Source of the DNA: Octopus vulgaris
Taxonomy: Eukaryota
Reading direction: 5' to 3'
Assembly: GCA_951406725.2 (NCBI GenBank)
Contig: OX597838.1
Location: forward strand, 42,098,001-42,162,000
Length of the DNA: 64,000 bases
Under the pieces are notes generated by a model. The model made no database searches, was not told the origin of the DNA, and was given only the letters and a program-made list of their open reading frames with translations. Below are positions 34,501 through 47,038 of this stretch, one piece after another. Numbering within the stretch: position 1 is the stretch's first letter; every line of letters begins with the position of its first letter. The position numbers and the translations under genes were made by a program.

Positions 34501-35510
34501 AGTTGAAAAATGAAACCATTGCCCCATCAAGGTGTGTAGCAATTAATATAATTAAGTGCACACACATTTTTCATGCCGGCATGAGTTTGAAGGGTCTTCT
34601 TGTATGACACCTGGTGTTATTTGTTCTGTCAGTCTTTCTGACTCCCAATCTGTGTCTTGTGAACAGTTTCCTGATTCTGTCGCTCATTCACTTGCTTCAC
34701 CACTCTTCCCTTCGCATTCAACATTTTATATTCTAAAGGAATATTTACCATTCTCTTGATTTCTTCTCAAGAAGATTAATAAAGAAGTGCGCTGGTCTCT
34801 GACTTAATCGGGGAAGAAGCTGATTGTCTTGTGCGCCTGTGTCTAACATTCCAAAGACTTTATACTCCTAAGCTTTAATTATCAAATGTAACTAATGAAA
34901 ATAACATGAGCATAATATACATTGTGTACTGTTGTTGTTGTTGTTGTAGTTATTGTGCTAACCCTCCTCCTTGCTCTGTCCTGGGTAAACTGTTATAGAA
35001 TTGATCTGAAAATGACAAATGATTAAAGACTCCTGGAAACATTTGCAGCACATTGATCTGTGTGGTTTGTCAAATGTGACTTTTGGGAGTATTGGCAGAG
35101 TGAAATGTTGCCTCTCTCATAAGAGGCTTGCTACTATTTCTAGCAGGTCAACAGATTATATAGAGGCTTTGTTGCCAAATTCTCTCTTGGGTTCAGATTT
35201 AGGCCTTAAACATCTTTTGGGAACCAGCTCCTTGGTCCCTTTCATTTGCATTTTTAATGGGATTTTTTTTTCTTGTGCTTATTTTTTTTTTTTTTTTTAC
35301 CTTAATGATGATAATAATAATAATCTAAATAATTCAGGTGAATCTGAAGAAGAACTTGCAGACAAGATTGATAAAATGAAAGTGTCGTCCTCAGAAAGTG
35401 CCAAGAAAGAAGAGAAAAATGAAACCAGTTCCCCAGAGAAAGAAACGGAAAAGTCGTCCTGTACAAAAGATGACAGTACAACTTCTGTCAGTGAAAACAA
35501 AGAGACTTAG
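18331..35510 (+). CDS. RANBP1: Ran-specific GTPase-activating protein / Ran-binding protein 1 (spliced, ~223 aa)
   Basis: join(18331-18345,20152-20279,28003-28157,32572-32700,34254-34325,35338-35510) = 672 nt, all GT-AG and in frame. RanBD motifs present: [80 protein letters not shown]. Confidence 0.95.
19474..19488 (+). CDS. RANBP1: RANBP1 alternative first coding exon 1b (MVSIL)
   Basis: gccATGG Kozak context; TTG|gtaagt consensus donor; phase 0 matches exon 2. Confidence 0.55.
20152..20279 (+). CDS. RANBP1: RANBP1 exon 2
   Basis: [43 protein letters not shown]; tttcag/gtaagt. Confidence 0.95.
20445..20816. mobile_element. Merlin-like MITE
   Basis: TIRs GGATCTTTTCGGTTTGAACGGCAGTTTTT / AAAAACTGCCATTCAAACCGAAAAGGTCC. 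Degenerate 8-bp TSD ctaaactc/cttaacta. Shares ACATTCTACCAGTATAC with the 14542 family. Confidence 0.7.
21195..21540. repeat. Compound (TA)n/(TG)n microsatellite
   Basis: Seen directly; source of the spurious Y/I/V/C ORFs. Confidence 0.95.
21541..23009. repeat. Head-to-head pair of RTE-tail elements with an internal tandem triplication and TA-rich spacers
   Basis: 21541-~22056 (minus) versus 22613-23009 (plus); near-identical units start at 21931, 22118 and 22313. Confidence 0.85.
24829..26268. mobile_element. Merlin-like foldback MITE with a perfect 8-bp TSD (AATTTATG)
   Basis: TSD at 24821-24828 and 26269-26276; GGATCT termini; arms are inverted copies of about 300 bp. Confidence 0.85.
25357..26125 (+). 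mobile_element. Non-autonomous Helitron
   Basis: 5' TC(TATATATATAAAA) and 3' GCCGGGCGATACTGCTAG. Inserted at A|T without a TSD; removing it restores the host MITE arm ACACAAAA|TAGCTTC. Confidence 0.85.
28003..28157 (+). CDS. RANBP1: RANBP1 exon 3
   Basis: [51 protein letters not shown]; tttcag/gtaagt. Confidence 0.97.
28384..30830 (-). mobile_element. Decayed piggyBac (PGBD4-like) transposon in RANBP1 intron 3
   Basis: [52 protein letters not shown] and KWWR. One terminus ttga|CCCTTTCGTTAC; the other end was not seen. Confidence 0.9.
32572..32700 (+). CDS. RANBP1: RANBP1 exon 4
   Basis: [42 protein letters not shown]; ctgcag/gtaggt. Confidence 0.96.
34254..34325 (+). CDS. RANBP1: RANBP1 exon 5
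   Basis: [23 protein letters not shown]; poly-T then taaag acceptor, gtaagt donor. Confidence 0.92.
35338..35510 (+). CDS. RANBP1: RANBP1 last coding exon (NES-like [11 protein letters not shown] plus acidic/Ser tail)
   Basis: attcag acceptor; in frame to TAG at 35508-35510. Confidence 0.88.
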
Positions 35511-36547
35511 CTATGCCAGCCCTCCCCCCATGCCCCTCCCTTTTCTTCCTTATACTACATTCTTTTTATCATATTCCCTTTTTGTCCCTTTCCAGTATGC
35601 TTGCATTCATCTTCTCAACTAATGTCGCCAGGATCAGCCAGGCCTCGTTGATTTATTTTCTTAATATAACTTCATATATAATAATAATAATAATAATATA
35701 AACAATTATCATGCTCTTTGGCTTTCATTTTCTTTCTCCATACTTTCTCTCTCTCTCTCTCTCTCTTTTATTATTCATTTCTATTTCTAACTCTGTGGGA
35801 CATTGTCCATGGCTGCCACATATATACTCCTGGATCTTGGAGACATTAAGTATTTGAATCTGTGGTTTTTTTTTTGTTGCTATGATTAAAAGATTTTTTA
35901 TATCATCAACAAAAGCTGTGTGAACACGGTTAGCTTTCATGTCATTGGCATCATTTAAGAGTTTTCAAAGTTCTCTTCAACCAACAGACACTGTTGATTA
36001 TATTTGGCTCCTGGATGAAAAAGTGTCAAATCAAGAATTGATTTGTAGGCCTCCACTAGACATTTTTTATATATACATATATATATATATAATTTGTGAT
36101 TTTTATTGTAAATATACAATTTCTAGCCACTCTGCTTTACTTTTTTTTTCCCCTTCTCTGAATTAATTTAACTTTCTTTACAGAGTTTTTTTTTTTAATT
36201 CTCTGTCTTTTTTAATTCTTGCAATTTTGTAAATGAAGAAAAGACAACTGCATGGTTGGTCATCTCATTTTTCTTTTTCTTTTTTTTTTGGTTCCACCAG
36301 CACATTTGCATCTTTCACCATTTTCTTATGTAAAGCTGAGTATGTGTTAGACTGTTCCTCCTGCCCCACCCCCATTGCTGGAGAGTAAGAAATGATGGTA
36401 AGTAGTCTTCAGGTGAGAATTATTTCCCCTAACCCCATCCCCCACTCTTCTCTCTGGCAGCCACAGCTGCCAACTTTGTATGATTGCTAATACAAGAATA
36501 GCTGTTTTTTCTTAAAAGGTTTCTATTTATTCCTTAACTTTTTTAAA

Positions 36548-36553
36548 AATAAA
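36548..36553 (+). terminator. Candidate RANBP1 polyadenylation signal AATAAA
   Basis: Ends a ~1-kb repeat-poor, T-rich region resembling a 3'UTR. Followed by a T-rich tract, after which repeats resume. Confidence 0.5.
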
Positions 36554-37160
36554 TATCACTATAGCAACAAAATGAAATTTGTTTTTTTTTATTTCGTTTG
36601 GGAGAGCTTTCATCATCGTCATTTTCACATCCAATTTTCCATGCTTTCAGGAAGTAGATGGAATTCATTGTGGAAGATCTTCCACTGTGGAGTGCCCTTC
36701 TTGTCATTGACCATCACCTGTTTATAAGTAAGGTAATTTTTCCTTGTAACCAGACCTGGTTTCACAAACTGTAAACAAAGGACTTGGTTGTTTATAACGA
36801 ACAATCTCCTTTCATGTTTCCATCTGCAAAATCTACTCACCAAGGCATTGGTCTACCTGAGGTTATAATAGAAGACACTTGGCCAAGGGTGCCACACAGT
36901 AGGATTGAACCCAAAGCTATGTGACTGGGGAGCAAACTTCTTGACCACACAACCATAGGGTTTATGATTGAAGTTTGCAAGGATTGGGTAATTGAAGAGG
37001 AGAGATACAAAGTACCACATTCACAGATGGTTCAGTGTCTTCCACTGCTTCTGGACGAAGTTAATTGGATTTGCTCTCTGGCTTCTTCCCAATAAGTTTC
37101 TTGGGAGTTGGACCTTCTGTAATAAGTAACAATGGCAAAACAGATTATTTCAGCATTTAT

Positions 37161-37329
37161 TCAACACTGACAATATTTTATAAGCTTTTCTAACATTTTC
37201 TTCTGGGAGTAGGTGGTGTAGAATGCAAATCTTTCAAACGCTGATAAGTGGTCGAAATTTTCTGAAAACAGGGTGCTGGAATCTTTTTCCAAAGTGGTTC
37301 TGTACTGGGCCAAACACTTTTCTGCAACT
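37161..37329 (-). CDS. SETD6: SETD6 exon 11 (last)
   Basis: [16 protein letters not shown]...[22 protein letters not shown]; ttttag acceptor. Confidence 0.88.
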
Positions 37330-40300
37330 CTAAAAGAAAAAAAGTTTAAATCATTACTTTTTGTTGTTGATCAGGTATATTTGGAGCTGAACCCAAAAAC
37401 TGTGGTTCAGAAGCAAACTTAAGCACAAAGCCATGACTATGGCCAGGCTGGGGCACTGCCTGGAAGAGTTTTAATTGATCAAATTGAACTCAGGGCTATT
37501 TTTTGCCAAACCACTTGTACAAACTCCAATTAGTATTGGAGGGGGACAAACGTGTGTGTGTGTATATATATATATATATGGCAGGCTTCTTTTAGTTTCC
37601 ATCTACTAAATGCATTGATCAGCACACAGGAACTGAACTCAAGGCCACAGTGGTTGGGAAGGGAACTTCTTAATCAGACAGCCACACCTTCACCTCAGTG
37701 AATAATCAGTTTAAACAAACTAAAGTATTTTTATGATGTGAGAATATTTGGTTTCCATGCCTACCAGCCTCTTTTACTGGTCCAAGTTCCTAAAGAGAAG
37801 CTGTTTGAAAGAAGTAAATTGTAAATGAGGTGGTGGGAGGAGGAGATTGATGTGACTTACTGAATGAGCAGCTTTCTCCAGGAAGGACATAAGGTTCGAA
37901 GGTCTTCTGCAAGAATCCAGAAACGAAAATACATTGAAATGAAATGAAATAGTAAAGAACAGCAGAATGAGAGAGAGTGACAGTGGTGGAGGTGATTGGT
38001 GGTAGTTAGACGAAGGTGTTGAGAATGAGTTGTGGGGTGGCAAAGGGGAAAAGAGACACAAGGGTAGCAGAGAAGGGGATGATGAAATACACTCCTACTC
38101 AATTGCAGTAGTTAGAGGGATGGAGATGGTAGTAGAGAAGCAGACTGGAATTGGAAAATATATTATTTGATTAATAATTGCTAATTGGCAGTTTTTGTTA
38201 ATAACTTGTGTAATTGACTTCAGGGGATGTCAGGTAAATAATGTTCATGCTTTTCTCCATTCTATTAATAATTGTTCTTAATTTAGACACCAGGTGAACA
38301 ATCTTGAATGTAGAGTCTTGGTTGATAGCATCACCACCACCACCCAAGTCCTTGTACATCAAATGGCACTACACCCAGAAAGAATGGTGATGTGCACCTT
38401 GGCAAGATTTGAACTCAGAATGTGAAGAGGTAGAAGAGATAGCTAATCCATTGCCTTCCTTTTTTTTACCAAATTTCTGCTGAAATGAATGGATTTCATT
38501 TAAATTCATTTTGAAAAGAATGAATTCAGCAAAATAACTTAAGTTGGTGTTTTGGAACATAATTTCATATGAAATTTTGATCCCATTAAAATGGAATTTG
38601 TATCCTAGAACCATAGGCAGGTTGGTATCTTTTAGGCTGAGGGCCAGCAATTTTGAGGGGAGGGGATTAGCTGAGACTATAGACCCCAGTATTTGACTGC
38701 AGCAAGATGAAAAGTCAACTTAACCTTGGTAGGAGGTGAACCCTGAATGTAAAAACCTGGAAGAAATACTGCAAAGCATTTTGTGAGATAGTCTGAGGAT
38801 TCTGTCAATTCATTGCCCTCCATTTCGAATTTTAGCACAAAGCCTGTAATTTTTGGGGAGGGTTTAGTCAATTACATTGACCCCAGTATGCAACTGATAC
38901 TTAATTTATCAGCCCTGAAAGGATGAAATGCAAAAGTGACCCCAGGGTATAAAACCAGAAGAACTGTTTCTGAGTATTTTGTTTAATTTGTTAACAATTA
39001 CACCAGTTCACTGCCTTTGCTTTCAAGTTTTGACACAAGGCCAGCAATGTTAGCAAAGGGGGTAAATCAATTATACACAACCTCGGCAGGATTTGAACTC
39101 AGAACATAAAGGATTGGAACAAGAACAGCAGAGCATTTCGTCTGCCAATTCTGCTCTTCCAATGATTCAGCCTCAACAAATGCAAACAAAAAAGAACCAG
39201 AGACTTGGCTTGTCTCCAATTGATGATGTTTGCAGATACAAGGATAACCATTCCTTCCTCCATGTTGTTGTAAAGTTTATCTCTTAATTAAATAATCAAC
39301 CTGCAAATAAATAAAATGAACTGCAAAACCACCCAATCTCTGCCAAATTATGGAAGCCGGAAGATTTCAAGAAATACTTACTAAAACGAAGCAGTTCTTC
39401 GTCGTCGTCGTCGTAACTCTCATCAGAATCCTCTCCGTCCTCATCGTCATCATTATCGTTGTCATTGTTATTTGTTTGGTTTGTTACATTTGGATCAATC
39501 TGGAAACTCTCTTTTGTTTTCAAAGTCACAAACTCTGAATCATTCAGAAATAAAATCTGCAAAATTGAGAGAGAGAGAGAAATACAATCACCATCGTTTT
39601 GGCTTTTGGCCTTGTGCCATTATTATCATTCTAGGCAGAAATGCCAAGTATACTGGACTAAATTCTTTGAAATATTGAGTTTCATCACTTTGATAAAATC
39701 GTAGCAGGTAAAAGCTGTCTCAATGTACAATTTAATTGGCTCTAATGCCTTGCCTGCAATGTGTGTGCCTTGTGCCAAATGGGGGGGGGGGGATCCTCAC
39801 CACCAAAACCATCGTTTTTAAGGTGAATTGTTAAAAGAGCTGGATAAACAGCTTGCAGTATTTCTTGTAGCTCTTTATCTTCAGAGTGGAATTATTAAAG
39901 GATGGTGAGCTGGCAGAATTATGAGAGTTCTCCTTTTGGCAGTTTTAGGCTACCCTGAGCTTTCTCTTAGGTTATATTATTATAGTATATTCTCTAATTA
40001 ATTTTGTTTACGTTATGCAAGGCTATTTATTGTGTTTCCTATTTGGAAATAGATAATTTTATTTGGCTTTTTAAGTAAGGGTGTATATAATGATTAAGCC
40101 GTCACTTAAAACTTAAGTGTTATCATTGTACGCAAATCTGAACTACAGTATATAACGCTATAGAGAAATATGCTTTATGGAACGCTAACGAATATCAGTG
40201 TCCTGTATGTATAATATTATCTTCGTGTTCATTTAACCGCTATAAGAAAATATAATTTAATGATTACGGAAATGCATATTTATACACAGTTGAAAAGCGT

Positions 40301-43300
40301 GAAGAGAAAACATTTTCTTAATTAGTTTTATTATATTGTACATGTGAAAGAAAAGATAATTTTCGTTGTGTAGAAGTACAACTATATATTCACTAGCTAA
40401 TTCATGAATCACAACAATTCAAAATAGACTTGTTGGATTTTCCTTGGACATGGCATGAAAACTCACCAATGTCCCAAAGGAGTGAGTGTCGTGGAGTTCA
40501 GTTACATCCAACAAACACTGAAGTTTTTCCTCAAATCCAGGGTTTTTATAACTGCTCAACTTGACTTTAAAGAATCGAAATTACATAAAATATTCTTTAA
40601 ATAACTCTTAGAATCCTTATATGAGCAGTTATATTAATCAATGGAAAAACGACAATAATATTTCTTCGGCAATACGTGACATTACGTCATATTGGCACCT
40701 TATTTAAAAATGGCTACTTGCTACAAGAGCAGCTGATTAATGCCTTACATTATTCGTTCTGGGTTCAAATCTTGCCATGCTCAACTTCGTCTTTCATCCT
40801 TTTGGAGTGGATGGCAGGTGTCAGTCGAGACTGGTTGATGTAATCAACTTGACTCCCCCTCTCCTCAAAATTACTGGACCTTCTGCCAAAGTTAGAACAA
40901 ATTATTATTTAAAGCAGTGAGCTAACGGAATCGTTAGAACACCAGACATGGAAATATACCACATTTCTTCCAGCTCTTTACATTCTGAGTTCAAATTCTG
41001 CTGAGGTCCACTTTGTCTTTCATCCTTTCGGGGTCAATAGTACTGAAGTCCATATAACCAACCTGCCCCCTCCCCACCAATATTTGAGGCCTTGTGCTTG
41101 AGTAGAAAGGATTATTATTATTAAACCATTGAAATCAGTGACCTGGCAGAATCATTTGCCAACCAGCATTTCGTCCGTCCTTGCATTCTGGGTTCAGATT
41201 CCACTGCAGTTAACTTTGTCTTCTATCCTTTCAGGGTCAATTAAATAAATACCAGTCATGTACTGAGATCAATAAAATTGAGTTACCTCCCCTTCCCCAA
41301 AATTTCCAGCCTTTTGCCTACATCTGAAGAAATTACTATTATTATTATTAACAACCAAACAAGAAGCAACACTGATCTCCAGCTCCGTCTTTCCCGTTTT
41401 TCTGCATCAGTTTCATTGATTTCTGTTGACTGTTTTCAAGGGAATTTCATCAACTGCTTGGTAAGATAACAGACAGCCCAAGCAGTGTGTCAGAGAATTC
41501 AAAATGATATTTGAAGGAGAAATGCATGAGATTGAGAGAATCAGAAAGAATGTAGTGAACAAGGACCAAGCGGATTCTACAAGAGTTCTCAAAGTTGGAA
41601 GCAGAAACTAATATTACTGTAGCAAACGAAACTTGTAGAAGACGAGTTATAAAGGAGCAGGTGGGGGCTTTGGGGTGAAGAAGCATACTTGCCGAATAAT
41701 GAGGTCTTGGTTTCAGTCCTACTGCACAGCAGCTTCGGCAAGGGTCATCTACTACAACCCCAGGCCAATTCATATCTTGTGAGAGGATTTGGTAAATGGA
41801 AACTATGTGGAAGACCATTATGCCACGTAAAAAGCACTTGCGTCAGGGCTATATGAAAGGCACCTGTGCTGGTGCCACGTTAAGTGCACTCACGGGGAAA
41901 GCATCTGTGCCAGTGCTGTGTAAAAAGCACCCAGCAGACACTCCTTAAAGTGGTTGGCATTAGGAAGGGCGTCTGGCCATAGAAACCATGTGTGCCTGTA
42001 TTTGTCACCTTCACAACTGACCTTGTAACTTAGTGGTTCAGCAATAGAGACTGATAGAACAAATACCAGGTTTAAAAAGAGAAAAAAAAACAAGTACTGG
42101 GGGTCAATCAGTTTGACTAAAATCTTTCAAAGTGGTGCTCCAGCATGGCCGCAGATAGAAACAACAACTGACGTGGTCTTCCTCTTCCTTTCTGCTGTGT
42201 TTTGTTAAATGTGATGACTTTCCTACGAATGTCTTGGGTGTAAATTGAGGCAGATTTGGCTGCTATTTTAGCATGACAAGCGACTGGATAGAAGGTCCCT
42301 CGCTGGCTTGAAACTAGTAATGGTGGTAGATGTGATGACAGGTGTTTTGTACACACATAAAATCATTAAACAATTAGAAAAAAACACCTGCTGATAAGGG
42401 ATATTTACCTGGAGAAATAAGATCAATTCATCTTTGGTAAGGAAACCACGCATGCCGAGAAGAAAGGAATCGTCCTCGCTTATGATGTTCTTGAAAGGAA
42501 AAGCAAAAAGAAGACAAACATAAAAATTTATCTTTGGTTTAGAAGAAGAAAGTTCATGATTTTTGTCTCCCAAACCAAAGAACTTTCTACATCATTGCTC
42601 GACCTGCTAGAAATAGCAGCCAAATTTCCCTCAGACTATCTAAGATCAGAGAAGGAACCAATGAGCAGGTTGTAAGGAAGTTATTTGAAATAATATTCTA
42701 TCAGACATATTAACCAGCAAACAACTCTGCTGGGGGACGTTGCGTTCCCTTTGCTTTCTTTTAATTGTTTAGGTTTAACGATTCGGAAGAAGTTGGGGTG
42801 GAGAGGTAGAAGGATACTAGCAGGAGGGTGGTAAGGATACCATGGACAGGTGGGGTGGAGGAGAGAACAGAGATGATGTGTTTGGATAGGCTGCAGAAGA
42901 TAAAACAGGCGTAATGAACGAGGAGAGATACTTTGGTGGTCTGGGGTGAGGGCCACATGTGGGTGTGGAGAACAACGTGAATGGATGAAGACTGGTTAAC
43001 AAGCCAGATGCTTTATATCTATCTAACTATATATGTGTGTATATATATATATAATAGACAGTTGATGGTGAAATGATCCTTGGTGTTGTGCTTCATGTGT
43101 GATGTTAAAACTTTATCCAGCTCCTGTATTTGTGCGTGTGTGTGCATGAAGGAATGTGGCTTAATATTTAGGGTCTTCGGCTCACAATCATATGGTTGTG
43201 AGTTCAATTCCCAGCAGCACATTGTGTCCTTGAACAAGACACTTTATTCCACATTGTTTCAGTCCACTCAGCTGGCAAAAATGAGTCGTACCTGTAATTC

Positions 43301-43524
43301 ACAGGTGTACCAGCCTTGTCACATTCTGTGTTATGCTGAATCTGCCTGAGAACTATGTTAAAGGTATGTGTGTCTGTGGAGTACTCAGCCACTTGCATGT
43401 TAATTTGATGAGCAGGCTGTTCCGGTTGATCAAGTCAACTGCCAGAAACAAGTCAGTAAATGATGCAGAACAGAACTTGGATCCAGAACACACACAAATA
43501 AACAAGCATATATGCATACATATA

Positions 43525-43557
<33 letters not shown>

Positions 43558-46500
43558 TGCATGCCAATATACAAGAAGCATATATACATACGCACAGCAA
43601 ACATAGGTTGCAAATACTCACAGACATTAACATCATTTGCCATTTCTGTTGTAGCAATTCTTCATTGTCTGCGTGAACGGCCAATTCGGCTGCACTGTCT
43701 TGGAAAAATTTTATTGGAATTTCAACCTAAGAAAGAAAGAAATCAGTAAAGAGTAAAATGTTTTCTTTTTACCTTTTAGTCAGAAGGGAAGCCAGGACCC
43801 AGGACTTTTTACAAGGTCTCTGTAAGTGGTGGCAGCAGGGGAGGTCCTTGAATTGCAGGCTTTACACCCGGGGGGGACTCTCCAAACATTATTTTTTGCA
43901 GAGATGAGACGGGTTTTGAACTCACAACATATAGATCCAGAGCAGTAACTTTTACTACAGACTAACATTCCTACAATGAATCATCCCAGACTATAACTTT
44001 ATATATCGGGCTCAAAAGAATGAAAGACAAATTTGGTCTAAGTGGGATTTGAACTCAGAGCACAGGCAGCCGGAATGAACACTGCAACGACTGCGACAGC
44101 AGTGTATCTGATACTCTAATGACTTTGCCAAAGACTATGCCACATATTCCTTTCTATTATGGGACCAAGGACAGAAATATTGGGCAAATGAGGATGGTTG
44201 GTGACACAGACTCCAGTGCTGCAGTGATACTAATTTTATCGACCCCAGAAGGATGAAACGCAAAGTCGACCTTGGAAGAATTTGAACTCAGAATATAAGA
44301 GATGAAACACTGCAAAGTATTCTGCCCCAGATGCTAACAATTCTGTCAGTTTTCAGCCTTCGACGATGCCACATATTGGCCACAACACAATCTTGTAATA
44401 ACTGTTCACAGTAAAAAAGATTGCAGCATTAAGATTAATTGGGTATGGCCGATCATGTATGGAAAAACGGAGACCACCTCCCGCTGTGGGATGAAGTTAA
44501 AATAATAGACAGAGAACACCACTGGAAAATACGAAAACTAAAAGGGGCAGCACATATGCTAGGACACAACAACTGCCTGAGTAGACCTTGTGCAGATATG
44601 AGTAGAATATGGGAACTAGTATTAAGAAATATCAAGTTTATAAGCCCAAAATTTCACTCTATAATTGCCCATGGACATGTAACTACTGGCCCTCAGATTC
44701 TGAGTTCGATTCCAGGCAGGGACTTGGGAAATAAAATCAACAGAAAAAAATAACATCAGCAAAAAAGAATATCTTAAAATGGGAACAGTGTACCCCATTA
44801 GTCAAATAAAGGGTTGGGTTCGAAATTCAACCAGGACACCTGAAGAAGGCTGGAGAGTACACCAGCCGAAATGTGGTAACAACAAACAGGGTGAGGACAC
44901 ATATCTGTCCGTTGTGATTAATGTACATAATTCCTCATCTCAAAAATATAGAATAGTAAGACTAACAGGTTTCTTCTGCAATGAAAGAATACAAACAAGG
45001 GGCATTTCACCAAACTGATCAACATGGGGTCTCTCCTCAGTTTATTGAAAACCTCAAATCAGAAAGACTGAAACCCCATAAAAGAAATAATTTTCAAAGT
45101 TAGAAAAAGAAGGACATTCATCATTGAAAGTGAGTGAGTTGATGGTCGGCACTTACTGTGTCATTCACATTCTTGGGATAGAGTTCTGCAAAACCATACA
45201 TGTGCAGCAGCTGAGAATTACTTAGCATTCCGTACGTGTTATACACTTCTTCTCCCTGTAAACAAATAACAAAAGTGCTTTACTTCACTGTTTGATGACA
45301 ACACTTTAACCATCAAACATGCAAATATATCCACAATATCACATTAAGCATCATCATCATCATCATCACCATTTAGCGTGTTTTTCCTTGCTGGGTGAGT
45401 TGGACAGTTTGACAGGATTTGATGAGCCTCAAAGCTGTGTCACACCCCAAAGTCAGCTTGGATATGGTTTCTATGGCTGGATTCCCTTCCTAATGCTAAC
45501 CGTTTCACAAGGTGTTCTGGGTGCCTTTTTAGTGTCACTGGCACAAATGAGGTCACAAGTAATTTACGAAACACAGAAGAGAGAAGAAAGGAAGACACCC
45601 TCTTGGCTGCGTGCGGAGGGTTGGCTTTGTGCCAAGTGTTGAAAGAGAGGGGGAAGGGCAAGTGTGTTGGGAGTGCCAGAGGGGAGGGGGGCTTATCTAT
45701 TTATATCATGGATTTGCATTAAGCTTATGTAAAAGTGAATTCTGGTTTTTGCAACGGTAAATATTGATTTGTTGTTTCTGTCAAAGTGTCAGGATTGATG
45801 GGGAAAAAATTCCTCAAAAATTGTAAAGAATTAACATCTCTAATTAAAAAAAGAAAAACAACAAGAAAGAAAGCAAAATAAATCGATCATCATCATCAAT
45901 TTAACATTCATTTTTCTGTGCTTACATGAATTGGACAAATGAAGCAGGTTTTCTTTGGCCCTTCTCGTTGCCAACACTCATCTGTTTGCATGGAAAAAAA
46001 TTACTCCACAACCAGACATGTCTTCATGGAAGATTGGAAATGGTAGAGACTGCTTGTAAGACAGGGACACTCATTTACAACTAACACCTGATGTCAAGGT
46101 GATGAAGCACAAACACATCCACACATACATATATGTGTGAGGTGTGTGTGTGTATATATATATCATATCTATAAAAGGGAGGATGTGTGTGCGTACGTAA
46201 TTGTAATTTATCCACGTCCACAAATTAGCATGCATGTTGCTCCAATTTTAGGAGGACATTTGTCAACACCCTATCTGGGTTTTGTCAACTTATTTTTTTT
46301 CCCGAGGTACCCGTGGATAGCGTAAATATCTATTTTCAGACATAGCTTTTAGCCACAAAAAAATATCAGCCTTAGCTTTTTTGATGGTGTCTAACAAAAA
46401 AGAATAAGATAAAGAGAAGTGGAAGAAGGAGGCAGAGAGTTTCACGGGAAAGACAAAGTGAGAGAGGGAGAGAGAGAGAGAGAGAGAGAAAGTAAGTGAT

Positions 46501-47005
46501 GACGTTCATAAAAAATAAAATGTAAAATGTTTTGTTTTTTGTTTTTGAAAGGCACACTATATTTTATAATCATAGTATATATAGTTTCTCACACAACAAT
46601 TACAATATATTTATTTTAAATCGTTCATCTTTCTCCCCCCCCTCTCTCTCTCACACACATTACTTTGGGTGCGAAAGAGTTTTGTTTTTATTTTACACCA
46701 AGTAAAAAAGTGTTTTGTTGACAATCCATTTATTTAACAACAAAGAAACAAAAAGGTGAGTAACAATTTGTCAGTGAATTACATACTATAATTGGGTACA
46801 ATTTGTGAGGCTTCCAGAGTAGTTGATTCCATGCAAAAAAAAAAAGAATTTTTTTTCTTAGTGAAAATCGTGCAAGTGTTAATCTACAAATTTAACAACA
46901 TTTTTACCATTCATTTCTGTTCATGAAAATGTATGCATGCACATGTTCAATAGGTGTACGTACGTACGTGTGTGTATATGTGTTCGTGTCTGTTGCCCAT
47001 ATATA

Positions 47006-47038
<33 letters not shown>

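Noticed and set aside
34785-34852. Hairpin followed by ACA (H/ACA-like)
   Set aside because: It relies on many G-U pairs, has no H box or second hairpin, and the ACA spacing is atypical.
35019-35337. 5' part of the 163-aa ORF
   Set aside because: Intronic read-through; the real RANBP1 exon starts at the acceptor at 35338.
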